The position numbers were made by a program, and so were the translations under genes. Under the pieces are notes generated by a model. That model was not told the origin of the DNA. It did no database searches and saw nothing but the letters and a program-made list of their open reading frames with translations. Below are positions 1 to 13,550 of a stretch of DNA of 64,000 bases, in pieces. Position 1 is the stretch's first letter; each line of letters begins with the position of its first letter. The DNA lies in the NCBI RefSeq assembly GCF_009914755.1, contig NC_060928.1; one strand, 5' to 3'. The stretch is from the human T2T-CHM13v2.0 reference genome, Homo sapiens.

Positions 1-108
1 GCAGCAGAGGTGTAAGACAATTGCTCAGGATCACACAGCTAGTTAATGTTAGAGCTGGGACCAAGAACTGTCTCCAAAGCTATTGGCCTTGATCACTCTC
101 CTGTACTG
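1..108. mobile_element. MIR SINE fragment
   Basis: aattgctcaggatcacacagctagttaatg..agagctggga resembles the MIR core. Confidence 0.6.
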
Positions 109-721
109 CTTTAATACAATAATTTACAGGTATAACACAAGTTTTATTTTATAACAGTGTTCAACAGAACCACATAAATTTTAAAACAGATATAGAATTG
201 CTTCTTCATGAATCTTGCTAAGATACAAACTTTTTAAACACAGAAAAAGGCACTGTATTATTATAAGATAGAGTAGAAAGGTTATGTGATATAATGTATT
301 TGATAGATTCATAAAAGTGAGTTTATAACTATTAAATTCATTATTAAATTCATTTGTCTGCCACTGTGAGGAGTTTGATGAATGGTAATTACTTTTATAA
401 AAGTACAAAAGTTCCCTCTTCCACTGTTCTTGGCACCATTCTTTTTGAAAGCACTCTTCCCTTACTGCATCTCTTCCCGTTATTCACTCATCACCATTGT
501 CCCTTGCCTTGGGGTTGCACTTTTAATCTTGGTATGAATGTGCTCATTTCTACATTTCTGCACAAAGGAAAAATTATTTCCTAAGAAGAGAAGAGACTTT
601 TCATTCTTCATTCCAATTCTGAAACCAACACTAATTGAGCCAGTGTCCCAGCTCAACTTCTGAAGGGGAAAGCACAGTCAAACACAAACTGTCTCTGAGG
701 TCCATCTTGTGCAGAAGAACT

Positions 722-1195
722 ATAAGGGAGAAAAAACATTTTTTTTCCTCCACCTTCATGAGTCCTTAGTTGTAACAGACCCCTGTAACAAAAGACAGAT
801 TAACAAGAGAAAAACAAACAGAAATTTACTAACACATTTATTTAATACATACATGGAGAGGCCCAGGGAATGAATACTTCTCAAAAAAGTAGCCTTGAAT
901 TTCAGCTTATACAACATCTTCAGTAAAAAAACTACAAATTTTTAAAGAGATCACAAGACAAAGGAAAATAACTTTGAGTCTTCAGGGGCAGCAACTTGTG
1001 CAAAGGCAAATAAACTATACCTGGTAGTAGGCAGGAGTAGAGGGATACCTTTTGCCTTTGTAAATTTATGCCCTGTTAGGCAAATAGACGGAGAGCAGAG
1101 AGCTTTCCTGCATCTGCTTCTTTATTACCTTCAGCTCAAAACAATCCTTATGCCAAAAGGGTCTATTTTGGAGTGGCGTCTAATGGTGTCCCGTG
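722..1195 (-). mobile_element. ERV1 solo LTR, MER34/MER39-like
   Basis: tgtaacaaaagacagattaacaagagaaaa and cagctcaaaacaatccttatgccaaa..tattttggagtggc resemble the reverse complement of MER4-group LTRs; subfamily uncertain. Confidence 0.55.
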
Positions 1196-1621
1196 CTATC
1201 AAGGGTTTTGACTCACTTAAGAAATACTTTCTGCACTCATTCCAAGCACTCTGCTAGGGGCCAACGATGCAAAAAAAAATGAGTAAACATACTTCTTCCT
1301 CTCAAGAAATTCCTCTGCTGAGTAGTCTTTTATGTGCAGGCCAGAGAAGCGGATGGAATATGTTTAGAATTCCTTTTTTACTTTTTCTATGTTGTATTTT
1401 GATTCTGTGTGTTTTGCATGTTTTCAGTCTTTTGACTCTTGAAAGCAAAGATGCTGATTGTGAATTCACTCTGTAGTATTTGTACAGTGGCCAGATGCAG
1501 AAACAAAATAATTAAAGTTTTTCAAAGTCCTTGATGAATTTCATCTTAAAAATACACATAAATACATGCATGCATACATACATACAATACACACACCAAG
1601 CACAAAATATTTTATTTTATA

Positions 1622-1918
1622 ATTTTTTATTTTTTTATTTTTTGAAATGAAATCTTGCTTTGTCACCCAGGCTGGAGTGCAGTGGCATAATCTCAGCTCA
1701 CTCCATCTCCCAGGTTCAAATGATTCTCCTGCCTCAGCCTCCCGAGTAGCTGGGATTACAGGCACGTGCCACCACGCCCAGCTAATTTTTGTATTTTTAG
1801 TACAGACGGGGTTTCACCATGTTGGTCAGGCTGATCTCGAACTTCTGACCTCAGGTGATCCACCTGCCTCAGCCTCCCAAACTGCTGGGATTATAGGCAT
1901 GAGCCACTGCACTCGGCC
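1622..1918 (-). mobile_element. AluS element
   Basis: Full dimeric Alu in reverse with T-rich tail; TSD-like acaaa(a/g)tattttatttt on both sides. Confidence 0.95.
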
Positions 1919-3159
1919 ACAAAGTATTTTATTTTAAATTGAGGAAAAAAATAATAAAGCAAATGATGATTCCTGAAAAACACAAGGGAAACATATGGAG
2001 AAATACAAAATATACAAATGCAAGTTATATCTGAATCATTTACATCTACTCTAACCTATATTATCTTTTCTCTCACATTCCAAATTATCTTTTCTATTTA
2101 GTTTTTGAAATTGAAAATTTTTTTCAAACTAAAAGCTTCTAATTCACTTGCATTTAAGTCATCAAAATATTGTTTCATGAAAGCTTTCTGATCTCTAGAA
2201 TTTTTTGTAATGGATGTTTTAAAAACTTCCTCACCTCATTTCCTGTCCCTAGAGAAAGCATGACAACCTTCAAAAGGTTCAAGTTTCATCTGAAGTTGAA
2301 AAATCAAGGTTTAGAAATTGTCTCACCTTGGAGAAAGGTTATTAATCATTCTTCAGTGGAATCCACAGAATATTTGAACATTCACCTGAGGATAGTTTTG
2401 AAGACTTATCACATTGGGAAGGACACCTACTTTTCTGTCATCCAAGGTGGTTTGTGATCTCCACAATGGGGCTCAGTCTTATTGTCTCTGCTTTGCACTG
2501 GTGGCATGTGGTTATCCCCACTATGCTGATAGCCCCATGGTGATTCCAAGTAAAAAGAGAAAGGTGGAGGAAGGGAGCCTGTGTCCTGTGAAGTCTCTGT
2601 AAGATGACTGCAAGGCCCTGCAGGTCTGCTTTTTGTCTTTCCCAGGCTAGCACACACAGTACTATGAAGAAGGTGCACAAAATAATTTAACAAAGGACCA
2701 CTGCATCTCTGAAAAGCAAAATCACACAGAGCTAGGGTAAAGGAGGGTAAAACTTTACCTAACTTCCTCCTTTATAGCATGCAGGACTTAAGAGGAGGTA
2801 TCTCATGTGGCTGTTCTCTCTCTTCCTAAGCCCTCTCTTTCCCCTATTTCCCTTTAATTTCCTCTTTTCAAGTCATTTGACCAATTCTCTGTACTTATTC
2901 TGAGGAAACCCCAACATTACCACAGGAAGAAAAAGTTCTGCATTTATTCTTTACTTCATCTCCTCTCTGAATCTTGAAAACATCATTCCCTTAGGTAAAC
3001 TGATGCTAATGCAGGTTCTCCTCTCTTCAGTGATAACCTATTTGTTTAGCTGAAAATGAAATTGGTTCTTCAACTACAGGGAGAACTCCATCTGGTTTCT
3101 TTGCTAGTAAGGTCACCCATCATTATGAGTTGAATTATTTGGAGAGTTTGGAGAGTTAT

Positions 3160-3270
3160 TTGGGCCATACTTGGAGATAGGATATTCACAGAGGTAATCA
3201 AGTTAAGATAAGTTCATTAGGGTAGGCCCTAATCTAGTACAACTTGTATCTTTATAAAAAGAGAAATTTA
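3160..3270 (+). mobile_element. MLT1 (MaLR) LTR fragment cut by the L1
   Basis: ttggagataggatattcacagaggtaatcaagttaagataagttcattagggtaggccctaatc matches the MLT1A/B-type LTR. Confidence 0.7.
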
Positions 3271-3382
3271 GGAATTGCTGGCAAGATGGCTGAATAGGAA
3301 CAGCTCTGGTCTGCAGCTCCCAGCGAGATTGATGCAGAAGGCGGGTGATTTCTGCATTTCCAACTGAGACACCCGGTTCGTC

Positions 3383-3709
3383 TCATTGAGACTGGTTGGA
3401 CAGTGGGTGCAGCCCATGGAGGGCGACTGGGGATGCGCAAGTTGTCGGGGAACTTCCTGTTCCTAGCCAGGGGAAGCTGTGAGAGACTGTACTGGGAGGA
3501 ACAGTGCACTCTGGCCCAGATACTGCACTTTTCCCATGGTCTTCACAACCAGCAAACCAGGAGATTCTCTCTGGTGCCTGGCTCGGTGTGTCCCACCCCC
3601 ATGGAGCCCAGCAAGCTAAGATCCCTGGCTTGAAATTCTCGCTGCTAGCACAGCAGTCTAAGGTCGACGTGGGATGCTTGAGCTTGGTGGGGGGAGGGGC
3701 GTCCACCAT
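3383..3709 (-). other. ORF0-like antisense open frame in the L1-A 5'UTR (108 aa)
   Basis: MVDAPPPTKLKHPTSTLDCCASSE resembles the ORF0 N-terminus MAGAPPPASLPPCSLISDCCASN; similarity is lost downstream. Confidence 0.5.
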
Positions 3710-4398
3710 TGCTGAGGCTTCAGTAGGCGGTTTTACCCTCACGGATAAACAAAGCCACCAGGAAGTTTGAACGGGACAGAATCCACTGCACTCAGCAAGG
3801 CCACTGTGGCCAGACTGCCTCTCTAGTCAGGGCATCTCTGAAAAAAAGGCAGCAGCCACAGTCAGGGACTTATAGTTAAAACCCCCATCTCCCTGAGACA
3901 GAGCACCTGGGGAAGGGGCGGCTGTGGGCCCAGCTTCAGCAGACTTAAGTGTCCCTGTCTGACAGCTCTTAAGAGTGCAGCAGATCTCCCAGCACAGTGT
4001 TTGAGCTCTGATAAGGGACAGGCTGCCTCCTCAAGTCGGTCCCTCACCCCCATGTATCCTGACTGGGAGATACCTCCCAGTAGGGGCCGACACACACCTC
4101 ATACAGGAAAGCTCCCACTGGCATCTGGTGGGTACCCCTCTGGGACGAAGTTTCCAGAGGAAGGAACAGACAGCAATTTTTGCTGTTCTGCAGCCTCCAC
4201 TGGTGATACCCAGGCAAACAGGGTCTGGAGTGGACCTCCAGCAAACTCCAGCAGACCTGCAGCTGAGGGTCCTGACTGTTAGAAGGAAACTAACAAACAG
4301 AAAGGAATAGCAGCAACATCAATAAAAAGAATGTCCACTCAGAGAGCCCATCCGAAGGTAACCAATATCAAAGACCAAAGGTAGATAAATCCACGAAG

Positions 4399-5412
4399 AT
4401 GGGGAGAAACCAGCACAAAAAGGCTGAAAACTCCGAAAACCAGAACGCTTCTTCTCTTCCAAAGGATCACAACTCCTCACTAGCAAGGGAGCAAAACTGG
4501 ATGGAGAATGAGTTTGACAAATTGACAGAAGTAGGCTTCAGAAGGTGGGTAATAACAAACTCCTCCAAGCTAAAGGAGCATGTTCTAACCCAATGCAAGG
4601 AAGCTAAGAACCTTGAAAAAAGATTAGACAAACTGCTAACTAGAATAACCAGTTTAGAGAAGAACATAAATGACCTGATAGAGCTGAAAAACACAGCACA
4701 AGAACTTCATGAAGCATACACAAGTATCAATAGCTGAATCAATCAAGTGGAAGAAAGGATATCAGAGATTGAAGATCAACTCAATGAAATAAAGTGAGAA
4801 GACAAGATTAGAGAAAAAAGAGTGAAAGGAAATGACCAAAGCCTCCAAGAAATATGGAACTATGTGAAAAGACCAAATCTATGTTTGATTGGTGTACCAG
4901 AAGATAACAGGGAGAATGGAACCAAGTTGGAAAACACTCTTTAGGATATTATCCAGGAGAACTTCCCCAACCTAGCAAGGCAGGCCAACATTCAAATTTA
5001 AGAAACACAGACAACACCACAAAGATATCCCTCGAAAAGAGCAACCCAAAGACACATAATTGTCAGATTCATCAAGGTTGAAATGAAGGAAAAACTGTTA
5101 AGGGCAGCCAGAGAGAAAGGTCAGGTTACCCACAAAGGGAAGCCCATCAGACTAACAGCAGATCTCTCTGCAGAAACCCTACAAGACAGAAGATAGTGGG
5201 GGCCAATACTCAACATTCTTAAAAAACCCAGAATTTCATTTCCAGCCAAACTAAGCTTCGTAAGTGAAAGAGAAATGAAATATTTTACAGACAAGTAAAT
5301 GCTGAGAGATTTTATTACCACCAGGCCTGCCTTACAAGAGCTCCTGAAGGAAGCACTAAACATCGAAAGGAAAAATCTGTACCAACCACTGCAAAAACAT
5401 ACCAAATTGTGA
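4399..5412 (+). pseudogene. L1 ORF1p remnant
   Basis: MGRNQHKKAENSENQNASS.. is ORF1p; premature stop at 4735-4737 and further stops downstream. Confidence 0.93.
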
Positions 5413-5475
5413 AGACCATTGACACTATGAAGAAACTGCATCAACTAATGTACAAAATAACCAGCTAGCATCATA

Positions 5476-8400
5476 ATGACACAAAGGATCAAATTCACAC
5501 ATAAGAATATTAACCTTAAAAGTAAATGGGCTAAATGCCCCAATTAAAAGATACAGACTGGCAAATTGGATAGAGTCAAGACCCATCAGTGCGCTGTATT
5601 CAGGAGACCCATCTCACATGCAAAGACACACATAGGCTCAAAATAAAGGGATGGAGGAAGATTTACCAAGCAAATGGAAAGCAAAAAAAAGCAGGGATTG
5701 CAATCCTAGTCTCTGATAAAACAGAGTTTAAACCAACAAATATCAGAACAGAAAAGAATGGCATTACATGATGGTAAAGGGATCAATGCAACAAGAAGAG
5801 CTAACTATGCTAAAAATATATGCACCCAATACAGGAGCACCCAGATTCATAAAGCAAATTCTTAGAGACCTACAAAGAGACTTAGACTCCCACACAATAA
5901 TAATGGGAGACTTTAACACCCCACTGTCAGTATTAGACAGATCAACGAGACAGAAAATTAACAAGGATATTCAGGACTTGAGCTCAGCTCTGGACCAAGC
6001 AGACCTAGTAGACATCTACAGAACTATCCACCCCAAATCGATAGAATATACATGCTTTTCAATACCACATAGCACTTATTCTAAAATTGACCACATCATT
6101 GGAAGTAAAACACTCCTCAACAAATGCAAAAGAACAGAAATCGTAACAAACACTCTCTCAGACCACAGTGCAATCAAATTAGAACTCAGGATTAAGAAAC
6201 TCACTCAAAACCGCATGACTACCTGGAATCTGAACAACCTGCTCCTGAATGACTGCTGGGTAAATAACAAAATTAAGGCAGAAATAAAGAAGTTCTTTGA
6301 AACCGATGAGAACAAAGACACAACGTACCAGAATCTCTGGGACACATTTAAAGCAGTATGTAGAGGGAAATTTATAGCACTAAATCCCCACAGGACAAAG
6401 CAGGAAAGATCTAAAATTGACACCCTAACATCACAATTAAAAGAACTAGAGAAGGCAGAGCAAACAAATTGAAAAGCTAGCAGAAGACAAGAAATAACTA
6501 AGATCAGAGCAGAACTGAAGGAGATAGAGACATGAAAGACCCTTCAAAAAAAATCAATGAACACAGGAGCTGGTTTTTTAAAAGATCAACAAAATAGATA
6601 GGCTGCTAGCCAGACTAATAGAGAAGAAAACTAAAGAATCAAGTAGATGCAATAAAAAATGATAATGGGGATATCACCACTGATCCCACAGAAATACAAA
6701 CTACCATCAGAGAATACTATAAACACCTCTGTGCAAATAAACTAGACAATCTAGAAGAAATGGATAAATTCTTGGACACATATACCCTCCCAAGACTAAA
6801 TCAGGAAGAAGTTGAATCCCTGAATAGATCAATAACAAGCTTTGAATTGAGGCAGTAATTAAAAGCCTACCAACCAAAAAAAAAAAAAAAAGCCTAGGAC
6901 CAGACGGATTCACAGCTGAATTCTACCAGAGGTACAAAGAGGAGCTGGTGCCATTCATTCTGAAACTAATTCAATCAATAGAAAAAGAGGGACTCCTCGC
7001 TAACTCATTTCATGAGGCCAGCATCATCCTGATACCAAAACCTGGCAGAGACACAACAAAAAAAGAAAATTTCAGGCCAATATCCCTGATGAACATCAAT
7101 GCGAAAATCCTCATTAAAATACTGGCAAACCGAATCCAGCAGCACATCAGAAAGCTTATCCACCACTATCAAGTCGACTTCATCCCTGAGCTGCAAGCCT
7201 GGTTCAACATATGCAAATCAATAAATGTAATCCATCACATAAACAGAACCAATGCCAAAAACCACATGATTATCTCAATAGATGCAGTAAAGGCCTTTGA
7301 TAAAATTCAACACCCCTTCTTACTAAAAACTCTCAAAAAACTAGGTACTGATGGAACGTATCTCAAAATAATAGGAGCTATTTATGACAAACCCACAGCC
7401 AATATTACACGGAATGGGCAAAAGCTGGAAGCATTCCCATCGAAAACCAGCACAAGACAAGGAGGCCCTCTCTCACCACTCCTATTCAATGTAGTATTGG
7501 AAGTTCTGGCCAGGGCAATCAGGCAAGAGAAAGAAATAAAGGGTATTCAAATAGGAAGACAGGAAGTCAAATTGTCTCTGTTTGCAGATGCCATGATTGT
7601 GTATTTAGAAAGCCCCATTGTCTCAGCCCAAAATCCCCTTAAGCTGATAAGCAACTTCAGCAAAGTTTCAGGATACAAAATCAATACGCAAAAATCACAA
7701 GCATTCCTGAACACCAATAATAGACAAACAGAGAGCCAAATCATGAGTGAACTCCCATTCACAATTGCTACAAAAGGAATAAAATACCTAGGAATACAAG
7801 TTACAAGGGATGTGAGGGACCTCTTCAAGGAGAACTACAAACCACTGCTCAAGGAAATAAGAGAGGACACAAACAAATGGAAGAACATTTCATGCTCATG
7901 GATAGAAGAATCAATATCGTGAAAATGACAATACTGCCCAAAATAATTTATAGATTCAATGCTATCCCCATCAGGCCACCATTGACTTTCTTCACAGAAT
8001 TAGAAAAAACTACTGTATATTTAATATGGAGCCAAAAAAGAGCCTGTATAGCCAAGACAATCCTAAGCCAAAAGAACAAAGCTGGAGGCATCACGCTACC
8101 AGACTTCAAACTACACTACAAGGCTACAGTAACCAAAAGAGCATGGTACTGGTACCAAAACAAATATATCGACCAATGGAACAGAACAGAGGCCTCAGAA
8201 ATAACACAACACATCTACAACCATCTGAGCTTTGAAAAACCTGACAAAAACAAGACATGGGGAAAAGATTCCCTGTTTAATAAATGGTGTTGGGAAAAGT
8301 GGCTAGCCATATGCAGAAAACTGAAACTGGATCCCTTCCCTACACCTTGTACAAAAATCAACTCAAGATGGATTAAAGACTTAAGTGTAAAACCCAAAAC

Positions 8401-9308
8401 CATAAAAATCCTAGAAGAAAACCTAGGCAATACCATTCAGGACATAGGCATGGGCAAAGGCTTCATGACTAAAAAAATCCAAAAGCAATGGCAACAAAAG
8501 CCAAAATTGACAAATGGGACCTAATTAAACTAAAGAGCTTCTGCACAGCAAAAGAAACTATCATCAGAGTGAACAGGCAACCTACAGAATGGGAGAACAT
8601 TTTGCAATCTATCCATCTGACAAAGGGCTAATATCCAGAATCTACAAAGAACTTAAACAAATTTACAAGAACAAAACAAACAACCCCATCAAAAAATGAG
8701 CAAAGGATATGAACAGACACTTCTCAAAAGAAGACATTTCTGCAGCCAACAAACATATGAAAAAAAGCTCACCACTGGTCATTAGAGAAATGCAAATCAA
8801 AACCACAAAGAGATACCATCTCACTCCAGTTAGAATGGCGATCATTAAAAAGTCAGGAAACAACAGATGCTGGAGAGGTTGTGGAGAAATAGGAATGCTT
8901 TTAGACTGTTTGTAGGACTGTAAATTACTTCAACCATTGTGGAAGACAGTGTGGCGATTCCTCAAGGATCTAGAACTTGAAATACCATTTGACCCAGCAA
9001 TCCCATTACTGGGTATATACCCAAAGGATTATAAATCATTCTACTATAAATACATGTGCATGCATATGTTTATTGCAGCACTGTTCACAATAGCAAAGAC
9101 TTGTAACCAACCCAAATGCCCATTAATGATAGACTGTATAAAGAAAATGTGGCACATATACACCATGGAATACTATGCAGCCATAAAGAAGGATGAGTTC
9201 ATGTTCTTAGCAGGGACATGGATGATGCTGGAAACCATCATTCTCAGCAAACTAACACAAGAGCAGAAAACCAAACACCGCATGTTCTCACTCATAAGTG
9301 GGAGTTGA
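5476..9308 (+). pseudogene. L1 ORF2p (endonuclease/reverse transcriptase) remnant
   Basis: IYAPN, GDFNTPL and SDHSAI endonuclease motifs; RT catalytic FADD degraded to FADA; split over several ORFs; 4-bp insertion just after ATGACA. Confidence 0.95.
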
Positions 9309-9786
9309 AAAATGAGAACACATGGACACAGGGAGGGAAACATCACACACTGGGCCTGTCAGGGGGTGGGGGGCTAGGGGAGGAATAACATTAGGAGAAA
9401 TATCTAATGTAGATGATGGGTTGATGGGTGCAACAAAACACCATGACACATGTATACCTATGTAACAAACCTGCACATTCTGCACATGTATCTCAGAACT
9501 TAAAATATAACACACACACAAAAAAATTGCCAATTTCATGCTGTAATAGCAAGCTCAGTTCAATGGCCCAATAAAATATGACAGCTGTCAATACTCACCA
9601 GCATTTCAAATTTCCTTCCACTCTGTACTTGGCTGACAAAATTAAGCACTCCTTATACCAACACTCTTAGAAGAAACCATTTATCAGAGCAACATTCAAA
9701 ATGGCAATACACTTTAGCCATTCTTTTCCCTTCCACCCAATACTTGGGCCCCTGGGATTGGGACTTAAGAGAGATGTGGCTACCTA

Positions 9787-10153
<367 letters not shown>

Positions 10154-11300
10154 CTAATATTGAATTCGTTGCTTGTTGCTGGAACTTCATAGTTATTTTT
10201 CCAGAGAAGTCACCTAAAGGCATGTCATTGCAGGCATCTAAGATGATCACAAAACTCCCATCTCAATAATCACCCCCAACCCCTAGCCTGGGTTGGCCAA
10301 GGAACTTAGTGCACAGTGTTCTCAACACCAGGGAAGGGAGTGTTAGTCCCTCAGAACATATGCAGACATGGAGGGTGGCTCCTCTGACTCTGGAATCTCT
10401 CTGTTCCTCTGATTAGTTCACAGGTATCTGTGCATTGAGTTTTTAACCACTCTCACATACTTTTACTCTTCTAAGAATTGTTTTAGAGATCTTCCAAATG
10501 TTCTATACAAATAGGCCCAGCCCCAAACCGTCTCCTGGCTCCTCCATCCTCACCTATCTTCTCTGCTTTCTTCTCTCTTTCACTTTCTTCCCCAGCAGCA
10601 AAGTAAACTTCTCTCTATGCTTTAGACAGAGCAGTTTACCCAACTCCTTTAATTGTCCTGGCACATGCAACATCTGGTTTTTTTAGGTCTCACTTCTAAC
10701 CCCAAGCAGCTTATCAAGATATTTTTTGATAAAGAGTTCCCTCCCTAAAATTAAAAGCTATTAAGGTGACAAATTGTTTGCCTGCATTCACTACTGGGTC
10801 AGATTCTTGAGCAGAGAATTCTTCTGCCATCCAGCAGAATAGGGAAGTCTTACCCTGGCTTAAATACTGGCAGTCTGCAAATGAGGAAGCAGGGGATGGA
10901 GGTGGGGGTCAGAGAGATGTGTGTGTGATTTGCCACAAATATGGAGTTAAAGGAAATAGAGTAGAGCTCAAAGCACCAATACCAAATCAATGAACTTTTG
11001 TTGGCTTGAACCAGGATGATGATGGTATTAGTGGAGCAGTAGACAGACTTATGAATAGAATTGATAAAATTTTGGATTGCATCAGATGTGAAGAATGAAA
11101 AAGAAGGAAGACTCTAGAATAATTTTGTCTCTAGATTGAACAAGCAGATAGGTGAAAGTAACATTTACTAAGATAGTGGGAAATTGGGATAATTTTAAGG
11201 CAAAAATTCAATATGTAAGTTTTGGGCACATCATGTTCGAGATGTCCAACATGTGTTCATCCCCACAATATATAATACATAATGATATACATCCAAGTTA

Positions 11301-11858
<558 letters not shown>

Positions 11859-12084
11859 CTAAAAGGGGACATCTGACCTGAAGACATAGATTTGGGTTTC
11901 TCAGAATATAAATAGGATTCGTAGCAAAGGGAACAGGAAAAATCACCTAAGGAGTAAGTGAGATAGAGAAGAGCACCAAAGGTTGAGGTCTGGGGTACTC
12001 CTCAATTAGAGGCTTAGAAAAGGATTCAGCAAAGGAGACCAAAAACCAGGTACTAAAAAGATAGGAGTAAAGTCAAGAATAGTC

Positions 12085-12680
12085 AACTATTACATGTCAC
12101 ACACCACCATAAACTTAGTGGCCTTAAACAATAGCTATTTTATTATAAGCATGGAGTCTGTAGGTCAGGAATTCAGAAAGAGCCCAGCTAAACTGGCTTA
12201 TCTGCACACTATCTGGGCCTCTGCTGGAAAGACTTCAAGACTAGGGTAACGAGATGTCTAAGCGCTGGCTAGTTGGAATCATCTGAAGTTCATCCTCTAA
12301 CATGTCCCATGCCTGGGCTGAGAGGACTCAAAGACAAGACTTGATGACAAAACATCTGTATGTGTCCCCTCCATGGGGCTCAGCTTCCTCACAGCCTACA
12401 GCCCTCAGTTAGTTTGTTTTCTTAATGGAATATTAGGACTCTACACCAAATGTCTCAACTAACAAGACAGAAGCTGTATTGCCTTTTGTGACCTAGCATG
12501 AAAAGTCAGGCAGCATCACTTCTAATATGTTCTGTTATAGGCAAGTTCTAAGTGTACTCAGATTCAAGGAGAAAAGATCTAGATTCTACCACTCACAGGG
12601 AAGTGGCAAAATTGTAGGAGAGCATGTGGTAGGGGTCATACCATTGTAGCCATTTTTGAAAAATGTAATCTTCCCCCATC
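12085..12680 (-). mobile_element. MLT1 (MaLR) solo LTR
   Basis: aaacttagtggccttaaacaa, gtaggtcaggaattcag, gaagctgtattgccttttgtgacctagc and cagattcaaggagaaaag match antisense MLT1F/G/H. Confidence 0.75.
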
Positions 12681-13129
12681 AACTATGTTAAATGCTATTG
12701 AGAGGTCAATTGAGATGTAGACTTTTAAATGTCCAAATGATTTTACAACATGAGGTGGATGATGACATTATGAGTCTTCACTAACTTCCTAAATAAAATC
12801 AATTTTATCTTCCTTGTCCCTTATTTAATCACCTATCGTAATGCAATGCAAGTATCTTTAGATAGCTATATTTCTCCTAAACTAGAAGCTACTAGTGGGT
12901 AGGAAATAGGTAATTTAGTAGTATTAATATTTTTACTTTTAGGACCCAACACAGTGCCTGACACATAGGAGAAGCTCAAGAGACATTTGCCAAATAGATG
13001 ATTCTGTACATTTCTTACCTGACTGCCAGTCCCATCATTCCAACTACTTATAAGACAACTCTGGCAGGACTTTCAGCCATCCCCTTAGACTCAAACAACT
13101 TAAAACTCATGTTATTCATTCCATGCTGA

Positions 13130-13550
13130 ACTGGTTAATATTAGGTTTGTCTGCATATAGCAGGGGAAAAAATCAACAAACAACAAAACAATGTCAATTC
13201 TCCATTATATAAATAACTCCAAAGGTGGTGTGGTGATTTTACAGTGACTTCAGGGAACCAGGCTCCTATTTTTCTCTTCTACTATCCTTAGCACTTAGCT
13301 TCTACCCTAAAAGTCACCTTATGGCCCAAGATGGATGGACACATGCTGGATTAGCAGCAGGAGGAGAAAGGAGTGAAATTCCTTTAAATGACCTTTCCTG
13401 ATGCACCACAGAGCTTTTCCATTTACAATGTTTTGGCCCAGATTTAACCAATGGCCACTCCTAGCTACAAAGAAGGATGAGATATATTTTTATTCCAGAT
13501 AAATAAAAAAGTGCCCACCTAAAACTTGGGGTTCTGTTACTAGGTACAAA
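13130..13550 (-). mobile_element. Old MLT1 (J/K-like) LTR
   Basis: tcagggaaccaggctcct, ccaagatgg and atggccactcctagctacaaagaagg motifs. Confidence 0.6.

Larger units (their letters stand above)
3271..9526 (+). mobile_element. Full-length LINE-1, L1PA7-like, inactive (L1-A)
   Basis: 5'UTR with YY1 site caagatggc, ORF1 and ORF2 remnants, 3'UTR with G-rich tract and gtagatgatgggttgatgggtg, A-rich tail; no clear TSD. Confidence 0.97.

Noticed and set aside
1541-1937. Alu-derived ORFs (also 9784-10138, 43104-43547, 49152-49394, 60073-60330)
   Set aside because: Standard Alu read-through peptides.
6948-7922. 324-aa reverse transcriptase ORF as an active or novel RT system
   Set aside because: It is a fragment of L1 ORF2 with the catalytic FADD changed to FADA, inside a frameshifted element.
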